Part shown: positions 9,927 through 18,413 of the stretch, one piece after another
How positions within the stretch are numbered: position 1 is the stretch's first letter
Layout of the letters: the number at the start of each line of letters is the position of its first letter
Assembly (NCBI RefSeq): GCF_001904615.1
Contig: NZ_MRBY01000001.1
Span: forward strand, 101,380-133,379
Direction of reading: 5' to 3'
Length of the DNA stretch: 32,000 nucleotides
Origin: [Limnothrix rosea] IAM M-220
Lineage (GTDB): Bacteria; Cyanobacteriota; Cyanobacteriia; Cyanobacteriales; MRBY01
Made by a program: the position numbers and the translations under genes
Notes under the pieces: generated by a model
What the model was told of the DNA's origin: nothing
The model's database searches: none
The model's input: the letters and a program-made list of their open reading frames with translations, nothing else

Positions 9927-11117
9927 TTAAGACAAGGTATCGAGATAATCTCGCATCAAATTACGACGCTTAGGCTGACGTAACTTTTGTAATGCTTTCG
10001 CTTCAATTTGGCGGACTCGCTCCCGCGACAGCTCTAGGACACGCCCAATCTCTGCGAGGGAATAGGTTTTGCCATCGTCTAGGCCATAGCGCAACTGAAT
10101 CACTTCCTGTTCGCGGTCTGTAAGTTCTGCTAAAAGATTGCGTAAATCCCGTTGCAGAGACTCCCGTACAAGATTTTCTTCGGGGGACGCATCACTGGTT
10201 TCGAGCAAATCGCCTAGTTCTGTGTCACGGTCTTTGCCGACGCGAATCTCTAGGGAAACGGAGCGGGGCACTTTTTGTAATACTTCTCGAACCTGCGCTG
10301 CGGTCATGTCGAGGACTTTCGCAACGTCTTCTAGGGTCGGTGTGCAACCTTGGGTTTGGGAAATTTGTCGTTGGGCTTTTTTGATTTTGTTGAGTTTTTC
10401 TGTGACGTGAACTGGGAGACGAATGGTGCGGCTTTGGGTGGCGATCGCCCTTGTGATCCCTTGGCGAATCCACCAGTAGGCATAGGTAGAAAATCGATAG
10501 CCCTTAGTGGGGTCAAACTTATCAACAGCCCGTTCTAGACCTAATGTGCCCTCTTGAATGAGATCAAGCAGCTCTAAACCGCGATTTTGATATTTTTTAG
10601 CGACGGAGACCACCAAGCGTAGATTTGCTTGGATCATGTGTTCTTTGGCCTGTGTTCCAGCCTTGAGGACGGATTCTAATTCTTTTACGTTTAAACCGAC
10701 ACATTCAGCCCAACGTTCCTTGCCCGCACGAATTTTTTGCCGTAAATTTTCTCGCTCTAAACCGACCTCTGTCGCCCAACGGCCCATGGCCGGACGACAA
10801 CCTAGCTCAATGGCTAAACGATCATGGACTGCAATGAGCTTGAGGAATTCGACGAGGATTTCATCTCCTTGCTCTGCTACCTCTTGCCGTTTTTCTAAAA
10901 GCTGTATATAATTTTGAACCTTGCGAGCTTCGGTTAATTCCTCATCCCTTTCCAGAAGTGGAACCCGTCCAATGTCTTGCAGATAAAGGCGAACCAAGTC
11001 TGTGGTGTGACCATTGCGGTTACTGGTTGCGGTCTGATCGAAAAATGCAAACTCATCTGTCGATGCAGTGGCAGTCCCAGTGGTAGACGATTTGTCGGAC
11101 TGGTTCGTAGGGGTCAT
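9927..11117 (-). CDS. sigC: Group 2 RNA polymerase sigma factor (sigma-70 family), probably SigC type
   Basis: DLVRLYLQDIGRVPLL, NLRLVVSVAKKYQNRGLELLDLIQEGTLGLERAVDKFDPTKGYRFSTYAYWWIRQGITRAI and region 4.2 YSLAEIGRVLELSRERVRQIEAKALQKLR. Extended linker before region 2. Paralogue assignment is less certain than family. Confidence 0.85.
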   Translation of the reverse strand: MTPTNQSDKSSTTGTATASTDEFAFFDQTATSNRNGHTTDLVRLYLQDIGRVPLLERDEELTEARKVQNYIQLLEKRQEVAEQGDEILVEFLKLIAVHDRLAIELGCRPAMGRWATEVGLERENLRQKIRAGKERWAECVGLNVKELESVLKAGTQAKEHMIQANLRLVVSVAKKYQNRGLELLDLIQEGTLGLERAVDKFDPTKGYRFSTYAYWWIRQGITRAIATQSRTIRLPVHVTEKLNKIKKAQRQISQTQGCTPTLEDVAKVLDMTAAQVREVLQKVPRSVSLEIRVGKDRDTELGDLLETSDASPEENLVRESLQRDLRNLLAELTDREQEVIQLRYGLDDGKTYSLAEIGRVLELSRERVRQIEAKALQKLRQPKRRNLMRDYLDTLS

Positions 11118-11585
11118 TGTAGTGACTCTCCTTAAATCTGTTTAGGATCGATTAACCTTAAACTTCCCTGTTCGAAACCCCATTTCAACATTTTGTTACA
11201 AAACGTTACGTCTTTTCGGGGGTTTGAAGTAGCGATCGCGTTAAAGATTGTTACTAGCATAACGTTTCTAATGCCTGCATTTTGTTCAGTAAGTTATATA
11301 TTTGTGCCAATTTTCTCTGATGGAGCTTGTTGCTTGGTCGTTCATGATCGCCGCAGTTTCGCGCAATATTGTTAGGGTTTGCCAATAAAGAATCGCTGGG
11401 TCGCCCAGAAAGCAGGCGATCGCCCCGAAAAAAGTTTTATTAAAGGGGACATCCCGATAAAATGAGCAATCGGCTTAACAGGCACTAAACTGTCGCACTC
11501 AATTTCGTGGGGGGCGATCGCCATCAAGAAGCTAGCCCAACCCCAGAGAAATAGCGACGCAACCTATTCGTAACTTTTATTTATT

Positions 11586-13697
11586 ATGACCGACCAGACC
11601 CGTATTTTGATGTGCTCTCCCGACCACTATGACGTGGACTATGTCATTAACCCTTGGATGGAGGGTAACGTCCACAAATCTTCCCAGGCAAAAGCAGTGG
11701 AGCAGTGGCAGGCACTACACCACATTATTAAAGACCATGCCACCGTTGAGCTTGTGCCCCCCGCTAAAGGCTGGCCAGATATGGTGTTTACCGCTAATGC
11801 TGGTTTGGTGCTCGGCAAAAAAGCAATTTTGAGTCGTTTTTATCACCCAGAGCGCCAAGGGGAAGAGCCTTACTTTAAAGCATGGTTTGCGGAGCATGGC
11901 TTTCAGGTTTATGAGCTGCCCCAAGATTTGCCCTTCGAAGGCGCTGGTGATGCTTTATTTGACCGTGGTACTGGTGCGTTATGGGCGGGTTATGGTTTCC
12001 GTTCCGAGCTAGATTCCCATGCTTATATTGCCCAGTGGCTGGATATTGAAGTTTTGTCATTGCGCCTTATTGATCCCCGTTTTTACCACCTTGATACTTG
12101 CTTCTGTCCCCTCGACGGTGGCTATGTTTTATATTATCCACCTGCTTTTGATACCTATTCCAATGCATTAATCGAGAAGCGTATTCCTGAAGAAAAGCGC
12201 ATTGTTGTGCCTGAGCCAGACGCTGTGAATTTCGCCTGTAACGCGGTGAATGTTGGCGATGTGATCATCATGAATAAGATCAGCGCTGAATTAGAAAAAA
12301 TGATCCACGCAAAGGGCTTTAAAACTCGCCAAACGTCCCTAACAGAATTTCTCAAGGCCGGCGGTGCTGCGAAGTGTCTTACTTTAAAAACCACTGAACC
12401 GATCCAAGGGGAACCCCATGCCAACCAGCCTGTGGATAGCCGCATTATTCACCTTGAGGGTCATTTGCTGGATGCGGGCATTTTAAATGCTGCTTTGGAT
12501 CTCATTGCAGAGCAAGGGGGGAGTGCGAAGGTGCTCAACTTTAACCTTGGTTTAGAGCGTAAAAATACATCTTCTGCCAATGTGCGTGTGTCTGCTCCTT
12601 CGACCTTGGTCATGGAAGATATCATGTCTCAACTCATTGAGCTTGGTGCTGTAAATACCTCTGATGAAGATGTGACGGATGCGGAGCTGGAGGTGGTTCG
12701 TTACGTTGGTGTTGCGCCGGATGATTTTTATGTCACGAATATTTATCCCACTGAGGTGCGGGTGCGTGGTCAGTGGATCAAGGTTTCTCACCAGCGCATG
12801 GATGGGGCGATCGCCATTACAGAGAATAATGGTCAAATTTCTGCCCGCTGCCGTTTGTTAAGAGATTTGCAGGTGGGTGAAAAAGTGGTCGTCGGTGTCG
12901 ATGGGATTCGCACAAACCACAAGAGTAATGCCCGTCCGACCCAAGAGAAAAAAGAGTTTAGCTTTATGGGCGCAGGTGTCTCCAGTGAGCGTCGCGTTGA
13001 GCTAGTGGTCGAGCAGATCGCGTGGGAGCTACAAAAAATCCGTGAGCAAGGCGGTAAAGTGGTCGTTACGGCTGGCCCGGTTGTCATTCACACCGGTGGT
13101 GGACAGCATTTGTCTAGCCTCATTCGTCAAGGTTATGTTCATACGCTGCTCGGTGGTAATGCGATCGCCGTCCATGACATGGAGCAATCTGTCCTAGGCA
13201 CTTCCCTCGGCGTTGATATGAACAAAGGTGTTCCCGTGCGCGGTGGTCACCGTCATCACCTGAAAGTCATTAACACTGTGCGTCGTTATGGCAGCATTGC
13301 GAATGCCGTAGAACAGGGCTTCATTACCAAAGGTGTGATGTATGAATGCGTTAAGAAAAACGTGCCTTTCTGTTTAGCCGGATCAATTCGTGATGATGGT
13401 CCTTTACCCGATACAGAGATGGATTTGATTAAGGCTCAGACCGAGTATTCTCGACTACTCGAAGGCACAAATATGGTGCTCATGCTCTCGACCATGCTCC
13501 ATTCCATCGGTGTCGGTAATATGACTCCCGCTGGTGTGAAGATGGTTTGTGTCGATATTAATCCTGCCGTTGTCACAAAGCTCAGCGATCGCGGTTCTGT
13601 CGAGTCTACCGGTGTGGTCACTGATGTCGGCCTATTCCTCAGCCTATTGACTCAACAGTTAGATCGTCTGAATAAAGAGGCTGCCGTCACTGTTTAG
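11586..13697 (+). CDS. argZ: Bifunctional arginine dihydrolase / ornithine cyclodeaminase (ArgZ/AgrE, LOR/SDH domain)
   Basis: N-terminal amidinotransferase-like fold (PDHYDVDYVINPWMEGN, DMVFTANAGLVLG, FEGAGDALFD, TCFCPLDGGYVLYYP, GGAAKCLTLKTTEP) plus C-terminal LOR/SDH-like region (VRVSAPSTLVMEDIM..., GGQHLSSLIRQGYVHTLLGGNAIAVHD). Confidence 0.93.
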   Translation: MTDQTRILMCSPDHYDVDYVINPWMEGNVHKSSQAKAVEQWQALHHIIKDHATVELVPPAKGWPDMVFTANAGLVLGKKAILSRFYHPERQGEEPYFKAWFAEHGFQVYELPQDLPFEGAGDALFDRGTGALWAGYGFRSELDSHAYIAQWLDIEVLSLRLIDPRFYHLDTCFCPLDGGYVLYYPPAFDTYSNALIEKRIPEEKRIVVPEPDAVNFACNAVNVGDVIIMNKISAELEKMIHAKGFKTRQTSLTEFLKAGGAAKCLTLKTTEPIQGEPHANQPVDSRIIHLEGHLLDAGILNAALDLIAEQGGSAKVLNFNLGLERKNTSSANVRVSAPSTLVMEDIMSQLIELGAVNTSDEDVTDAELEVVRYVGVAPDDFYVTNIYPTEVRVRGQWIKVSHQRMDGAIAITENNGQISARCRLLRDLQVGEKVVVGVDGIRTNHKSNARPTQEKKEFSFMGAGVSSERRVELVVEQIAWELQKIREQGGKVVVTAGPVVIHTGGGQHLSSLIRQGYVHTLLGGNAIAVHDMEQSVLGTSLGVDMNKGVPVRGGHRHHLKVINTVRRYGSIANAVEQGFITKGVMYECVKKNVPFCLAGSIRDDGPLPDTEMDLIKAQTEYSRLLEGTNMVLMLSTMLHSIGVGNMTPAGVKMVCVDINPAVVTKLSDRGSVESTGVVTDVGLFLSLLTQQLDRLNKEAAVTV

Positions 13698-13729
13698 GTA
13701 ATGTCTCTCGTTAAATAGTCGATTAATCT

Positions 13730-13765
13730 ACGAAAAGAGGTGGTTTTTCGCTGCCTCCTTTTCGT
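13730..13765 (+). terminator. Hairpin terminator downstream of argZ
   Basis: ACGAAAAGAGG...CCTCCTTTTCGT, near-perfect stem with one bulge. Confidence 0.5.
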
Positions 13766-13818
13766 CTTATCTCATCCGCTATAATTTCAATACAAAATAA
13801 CTAAAACTAATAAAATTT

Positions 13819-15084
13819 GTGGGACGACCATTAGCAATTGACTTATTTTCAGGATGTGGCGGCTTATCTCTAGGTTTAGAGGCTGCTGGATTTGACGTTG
13901 CTGGAGCAGTCGAAGTTGATCCGGTTCATGCTTTGGTTCACCACTTCAATTTTTCCTATGGTGTCACCCTTTGCCAAGACATCAATACGTTAGATAGCGA
14001 TGTTCTACTACAACAAATTCGCGACAAAGGATTTATGGGAGAAATCGATCTGATCGCGGGAGGGCCGCCTTGTCAGGGTTTTTCCTTGATGGGCAAACGG
14101 CAACTCGAAGATCCTCGTAATCAATTGGTATTTGAGTATTTACGAATTGTCGATGAAATTCGACCAAAATATTTTATTTTCGAAAATGTTGCAGGGATGG
14201 CGACTGGCAAACATCGAACCTTCCGTGACACTCTCATTAACAGATTTAAGCAAATTGGCTATCAAACCATTGAATCTGGGCAAGTTCTCGATTCATCTTT
14301 GTATGGAGTCCCACAAAAGAGAAAACGATTATTTATTCTTGGTTATCGTGATGGCGTGCCTCCAATTTGCTATCCCATAGCAACAACACCAACAGAAGAC
14401 TCTCAAGTTAAAGTTAGTCATGCCATTGAAGATTTAGAGGCGATCACTGTACATAAAGGAAAAGATACTGGAATCCCGGCGACTCAACTAAACTACATTA
14501 ATTTCAGAAAAAATTTCTCCGTAAAAAATGATGGCGCATTTAAGCTCTGCCATAAAAGAAGTACAAACGGAAAAGTGTGGGGTCATCTCGGCTCAAACCA
14601 TACCCAAAAGTCAACTGATCGTTTTGCACAAACCCAGCCCGGCAAAACAGAAAAAGTGAGTCGTTTTTATAGACTGCATCCAGATGGTTTATCCAATACC
14701 CTGCGAGCAGGGACTCCCAGTGGTAGAGGAGCACATACTGCTGCTAGACCAATTCATTATGCTGTTCCGAGATGTATCAGTATTCGTGAGGCTGCAAGAC
14801 TACATACTTTTCCTGATTGGTTTCAATTCCACCGCACTATTTGGCACGGGTTTCGTGAAATTGGTAATGCAGTCGTACCTTTACTCGCTAAACAAATCGG
14901 CGATGAAATCATCAAAGCTCTCAACTGCGATCTTCGAGATTTAACACCTCGATCTTTAGAAAAAGTAGAGGAACAATTTCTGAGTTACACAGTAAGCGAA
15001 GCTTGTGCATATTGGGAAATTTCCCGTGACTTGATTCCAAAACGAACAAGAGAAAAAAAGTTAGTGAGTCAAAATACGAGATAG
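13819..15084 (+). CDS. DNA (cytosine-5-)-methyltransferase, probable type II R-M modification enzyme (GTG start)
   Basis: Motif I AIDLFSGCGGLSLGLEAAGF, motif IV GGPPCQGFSLMGKRQ, motif VI ENVAG, motif VIII SSLYGVPQKRKRLFILG, motif X FREIGNAVVPLLAKQIG. Confidence 0.95.
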   Translation: MGRPLAIDLFSGCGGLSLGLEAAGFDVAGAVEVDPVHALVHHFNFSYGVTLCQDINTLDSDVLLQQIRDKGFMGEIDLIAGGPPCQGFSLMGKRQLEDPRNQLVFEYLRIVDEIRPKYFIFENVAGMATGKHRTFRDTLINRFKQIGYQTIESGQVLDSSLYGVPQKRKRLFILGYRDGVPPICYPIATTPTEDSQVKVSHAIEDLEAITVHKGKDTGIPATQLNYINFRKNFSVKNDGAFKLCHKRSTNGKVWGHLGSNHTQKSTDRFAQTQPGKTEKVSRFYRLHPDGLSNTLRAGTPSGRGAHTAARPIHYAVPRCISIREAARLHTFPDWFQFHRTIWHGFREIGNAVVPLLAKQIGDEIIKALNCDLRDLTPRSLEKVEEQFLSYTVSEACAYWEISRDLIPKRTREKKLVSQNTR

Positions 15085-15095
15085 ATAGATTTGTT

Positions 15096-15869
15096 GTGGT
15101 ACAGAAAAAGTAGTCAAAATATGATCAAATTATTGAGTATGTTTTCTTCGATAATTATGAAGAAGGTGATACCAGTGTTTCATTTAATCGAGATGAACTT
15201 GCCAAAGCTTGTGAAAGGTTAAATTTATCAAGGGTTAAAAATCTTGGTGATATTCCCTACTTGTATAGATTTCGCCGTGATTTACCAGAGTCAATCCGTA
15301 ATTGTGTGGCAGGAGATACAGAGTGGAGCATTATTGGCACTGGTATGGGAAGTTATGAATTTCGACAGGTAGCTCCCGCACATATATCGCCCACATCTCA
15401 TCACCACAAAATTCAAATTTCGGACGCGACTCCTGAAATTATTACGACTTATTCGCCGGGTTCTGATGAGTAAGCTCTACTCACTAAAGTCCGCTTCAAT
15501 CGCCTGATTGATATTTTCACTGGATTGACTTGTGATTCACTCCAAAATTATTTGCGAACAACAGTAAAAAGTATTGGTCAAATCGAAATTGACGAAATTT
15601 ATATTGGCTTAAATAAAGTCGGAGAACATTTCATCATTTCTTGTCAGGCTATGTCGATTGGTGATCGGTTCGGCATTGTTCAGGTGATGCAGGATCTTGA
15701 ATTTTGTCAGCAACGTTATGCTGATTTGCAATGTCGCCCCATTGCTTTGCAATTTTTATCTGTGTCTGACATTGCCATTATTGAATTAACTATTGAGCAG
15801 GAGGAAGAACTGGATCGACTATCGGTAGTAGACGAAAAGCATTACGGATTAGTTAAGGACTCCGAATAG
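15096..15869 (+). pseudogene. Decayed restriction-endonuclease-like gene linked to the m5C methyltransferase
   Basis: One frame (mod 3 = 0) reads VVQKK*SKYDQIIEYVFFDNYEEGDTSVSFNRDELAKACERLNLSRVKNLGDIPYLYRFRRDLPESI...TTYSPGSDE*ALLTKVRFNRLIDIFTGLTCDSLQNYLRTTVKSIGQIEIDEIYIGLNKVGEHFIISCQAMSIGDRFGIVQVMQDLEFCQQRY...EEKHYGLV-like end (DEKHYGLVKDSE). Stops at 15111 (TAG) and 15471 (TAA); protein-like sequence continues across both. Confidence 0.75.
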
Positions 15870-16006
15870 AGTGGCGATCGCCGAAGCGAGAACAAACTTG
15901 TTTTTTCAGACAATAGACCTTGGGAAATTTCGGTTTTTTGTGAATTCGTCTTGATCTGCGATGATGAGTGATTAAACTAGATTCGTTACCTTTGTTGTCG
16001 CACGCT

Positions 16007-17635
16007 ATGAAACTGTTACTCGTTGATGATGATCCCATTTTTCGCCTTGGGTTTTGTACAGCATTAGCGCAGGAAACAGATTGGGCGATCGCCGCAGAGC
16101 CTTTTGATAATATTTTTGGCCAAACAAATAAACCCACTGCGGATATTATCCTCTGCGAACCCAGTTGGCAGGGGGACGAAAATTGGCTAAGATATCGAGA
16201 ATTGCAGCAGATTTACGCTGATATTCCCGTTGTTTTGTTTACCAGTCAGCTCGACACAGAACGCTTAACCCAAGCTAAGCAGGACGGCATTCAGGGCTAT
16301 TTCCCCAAAGGCACAGCGATCGCCACAATCATCACGACATTGGAGCAAATTGTCGCCGGAGAAATTGTTTGGTCACAACGTCCGCAGATAAAAAAACAAA
16401 ATATTTTGACCAATCTGCGTCGACGAAGTCTCGGAGATATTTACCGCACCCTCGATAACGTTGAACAATATTTAAACCAGAAAGATGTCGCCGCCCTCAA
16501 TCGTCTGGTGGGAGAAGGTCGTCGCCGCGAACTACAAGCCGCGGCATGGGTCATTCGTCAACTTTTACCACAAGCAAGCCTGAGTATTCAGCCCCTTAAC
16601 CCGCCTCAAATAGATCTAGAGCCCTCGGACTCAATGCAAATTGTTCCCCTCGAAAATTTAGGCTTAGCAACAACTAATTCGCGTTGGCAAACATTACTGG
16701 AAAAAGTTTATTTTAAACTCAATCGTAACTTACTAAATGCGACGGGAAATACCCTTGAAACCGATATTTTGTCTATAGATAAAAAGCGTGAACTTTATTA
16801 TATTATTCTGCAACAGCTCACCCAAACCCTAAACGATCCCCAGTGGAAAATAATAGAGATAGAAGCTTTTCAAAAATATCAAGAACGGAGCCTTCGTAGT
16901 ACTTGGCGCTTGAGTACCCAAGAATTCATTAGTCGCTATGCCCCTGACGAAGATAGTCGATCAGAAGACTTTATGAAACTGTTAAATCGTGAGGCGATCG
17001 CCATCCTTGAGACGAATTTGCGTGCTGCCCCCTATACCCTCGAACTTTTTCAATATTTACTATTAGAGAAACCCTTAATCATTGATAATGTTGAATACCG
17101 TCTTGAAGCCCAAGAAGCCATCAGGCGATCGCAACTAATTTTAGAAAACCTGCTAATTCAGCTTAGTAATAGCGTGATGCAATTTTTGCTGAATACCTTT
17201 AGCGAATCCGAGATTTTCAAGCACAACTTATATAACAAAAAAATTCGCTCATCCCGTGAAATTGCCCGCTTTCGCAATGAACTATCGTGGCAATATCGCC
17301 GAGAAAAATATTGGCTGGAGCCGAAGGCAATTTTCGAGAGTCAATACTCTCTACTACAGTTCTCAACGGCAGGATTAGTGCGTACCTCTATCTATGCACC
17401 ACGCCATGAAGACTTAGCAACCCTAGAAGGATTTGCTTGGGGAGTGACGATGATTTTAGAATTGCGGGATGCCCTAGCTCCTAGGGTGCGGGCGCTGGTG
17501 GCTTGGCTGGGGAAAATCGTGGTTTATGTGCTGACAAATGTTGTCGGTCGCGCTTTAGGATTGATTGCCCGTGGTATTGCCGATGGTGTTGGTACAAGCT
17601 GGCAGCAGGTAAAGAAACGATCCCTCTACCGTTAG
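16007..17635 (+). CDS. Response-regulator receiver-like domain fused to DUF3685 (Ycf55-like) protein; the ORF track gives a GTG start at 15968
   Basis: MKLLLVDDDPIFRLGFCTALAQ receiver start, LFTS and GYFPKG receiver motifs, then a long C-terminal region with LEGFAWGVTMILELRDALAPRVRALVAWLGKIVVYVLTNVVGRALGLIARGIADGVGTSWQQ. Confidence 0.75.
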   Translation: MKLLLVDDDPIFRLGFCTALAQETDWAIAAEPFDNIFGQTNKPTADIILCEPSWQGDENWLRYRELQQIYADIPVVLFTSQLDTERLTQAKQDGIQGYFPKGTAIATIITTLEQIVAGEIVWSQRPQIKKQNILTNLRRRSLGDIYRTLDNVEQYLNQKDVAALNRLVGEGRRRELQAAAWVIRQLLPQASLSIQPLNPPQIDLEPSDSMQIVPLENLGLATTNSRWQTLLEKVYFKLNRNLLNATGNTLETDILSIDKKRELYYIILQQLTQTLNDPQWKIIEIEAFQKYQERSLRSTWRLSTQEFISRYAPDEDSRSEDFMKLLNREAIAILETNLRAAPYTLELFQYLLLEKPLIIDNVEYRLEAQEAIRRSQLILENLLIQLSNSVMQFLLNTFSESEIFKHNLYNKKIRSSREIARFRNELSWQYRREKYWLEPKAIFESQYSLLQFSTAGLVRTSIYAPRHEDLATLEGFAWGVTMILELRDALAPRVRALVAWLGKIVVYVLTNVVGRALGLIARGIADGVGTSWQQVKKRSLYR

Positions 17636-17685
17636 TCTTTCGCTAGTATTCTGTCATTGAAAGTTGAAAATTTATGACGGAAAAA

Positions 17686-17862
17686 TCACTGGAAAACACT
17701 GGGTGGTGCGACAAAACTGATTTGAATACTAGGTACTTGCATCATCGGCGCAGGCTTCATTTCTCCTCGGAAATCAAGGATTTGGACGAGTAATAGGTAG
17801 GCGATCGCCACCAGTAGGGAGATCGCACCTGTAATAATCGCTGTCAATTTTCCGCGTTCCAT
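17686..17862 (-). CDS. Small single-pass membrane protein, 58 aa (MERGKLTAIITGAISLLVAIAYLLLVQILDFRGEMKPAPMMQVPSIQISFVAPPSVFQ)
   Basis: Complete ATG-to-TGA frame below the ORF track cutoff. One clear hydrophobic segment; positioned between two annotated genes. Confidence 0.6.
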   Translation of the reverse strand: MERGKLTAIITGAISLLVAIAYLLLVQILDFRGEMKPAPMMQVPSIQISFVAPPSVFQ

Positions 17863-17942
17863 AGACTTTAACTCTCTTCGATAATGCCCTATGATTGTAG
17901 ATTGGATTGCTTATTATAGAAATTGTTAGGAGTTATTCCGTT

Positions 17943-18179
17943 ATGTCCCGTAAATGCCAGCTTACTGGAAAGAAAGCAAATAACGGTATGGCAGTGTCCC
18001 ACTCCCACCGTCGTACTAAAAAATTACAACAAGTTAACCTCCAGTGGAAAAGAGTATGGTGGCCTGAAGGCAACCGCTTTGTGCGTCTTCGTCTCTCCAC
18101 TAAGGCAATTAAAACGATCGAAAAGAAAGGCATTGATGCAATGGCTAAAGAAGCTGGCATCAACCTCAATAAAGTTTAG
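17943..18179 (+). CDS. rpmB: 50S ribosomal protein L28
   Basis: [63 protein letters not shown]. Internal Met of the ORF track entry 17907..18179. Confidence 0.97.
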   Translation: MSRKCQLTGKKANNGMAVSHSHRRTKKLQQVNLQWKRVWWPEGNRFVRLRLSTKAIKTIEKKGIDAMAKEAGINLNKV

Positions 18180-18413
18180 GCTTAATTTTCTTGCGACTAG
18201 GTTGAGCAATTTAGACGAAAGGTTAAATACAACTGAATGCTTCAGTTCGACTCCTACACCAAGCCGTGGGGGTCTTCTTTTTTGCCCAGACAGCTCGAAG
18301 CGAAGTTTGTGGATGGCGGCGATCGCCCTTTTCAGGTCAGGGGTAGTTCCAAATTGCAGCACTCCTAAAATTAAGACAATATCTAAAACTCCGCTTACTC
18401 CAAACATTAAACA

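Noticed and set aside
10138-10911. Several ORFs antisense to the sigma factor gene
   Set aside because: All are fully contained in the sigma factor coding region with low-information, Ser/Arg-rich translations.
12155-13621. ORFs antisense to argZ (96, 94, 84, 61 aa) and one same-strand shadow ORF
   Set aside because: Shadow frames of an unambiguous 703-aa gene.
15853-16137. 94-aa minus-strand ORF across the ycf55-like start
   Set aside because: It overlaps the convincing receiver domain coding region on the other strand and has no family motifs.
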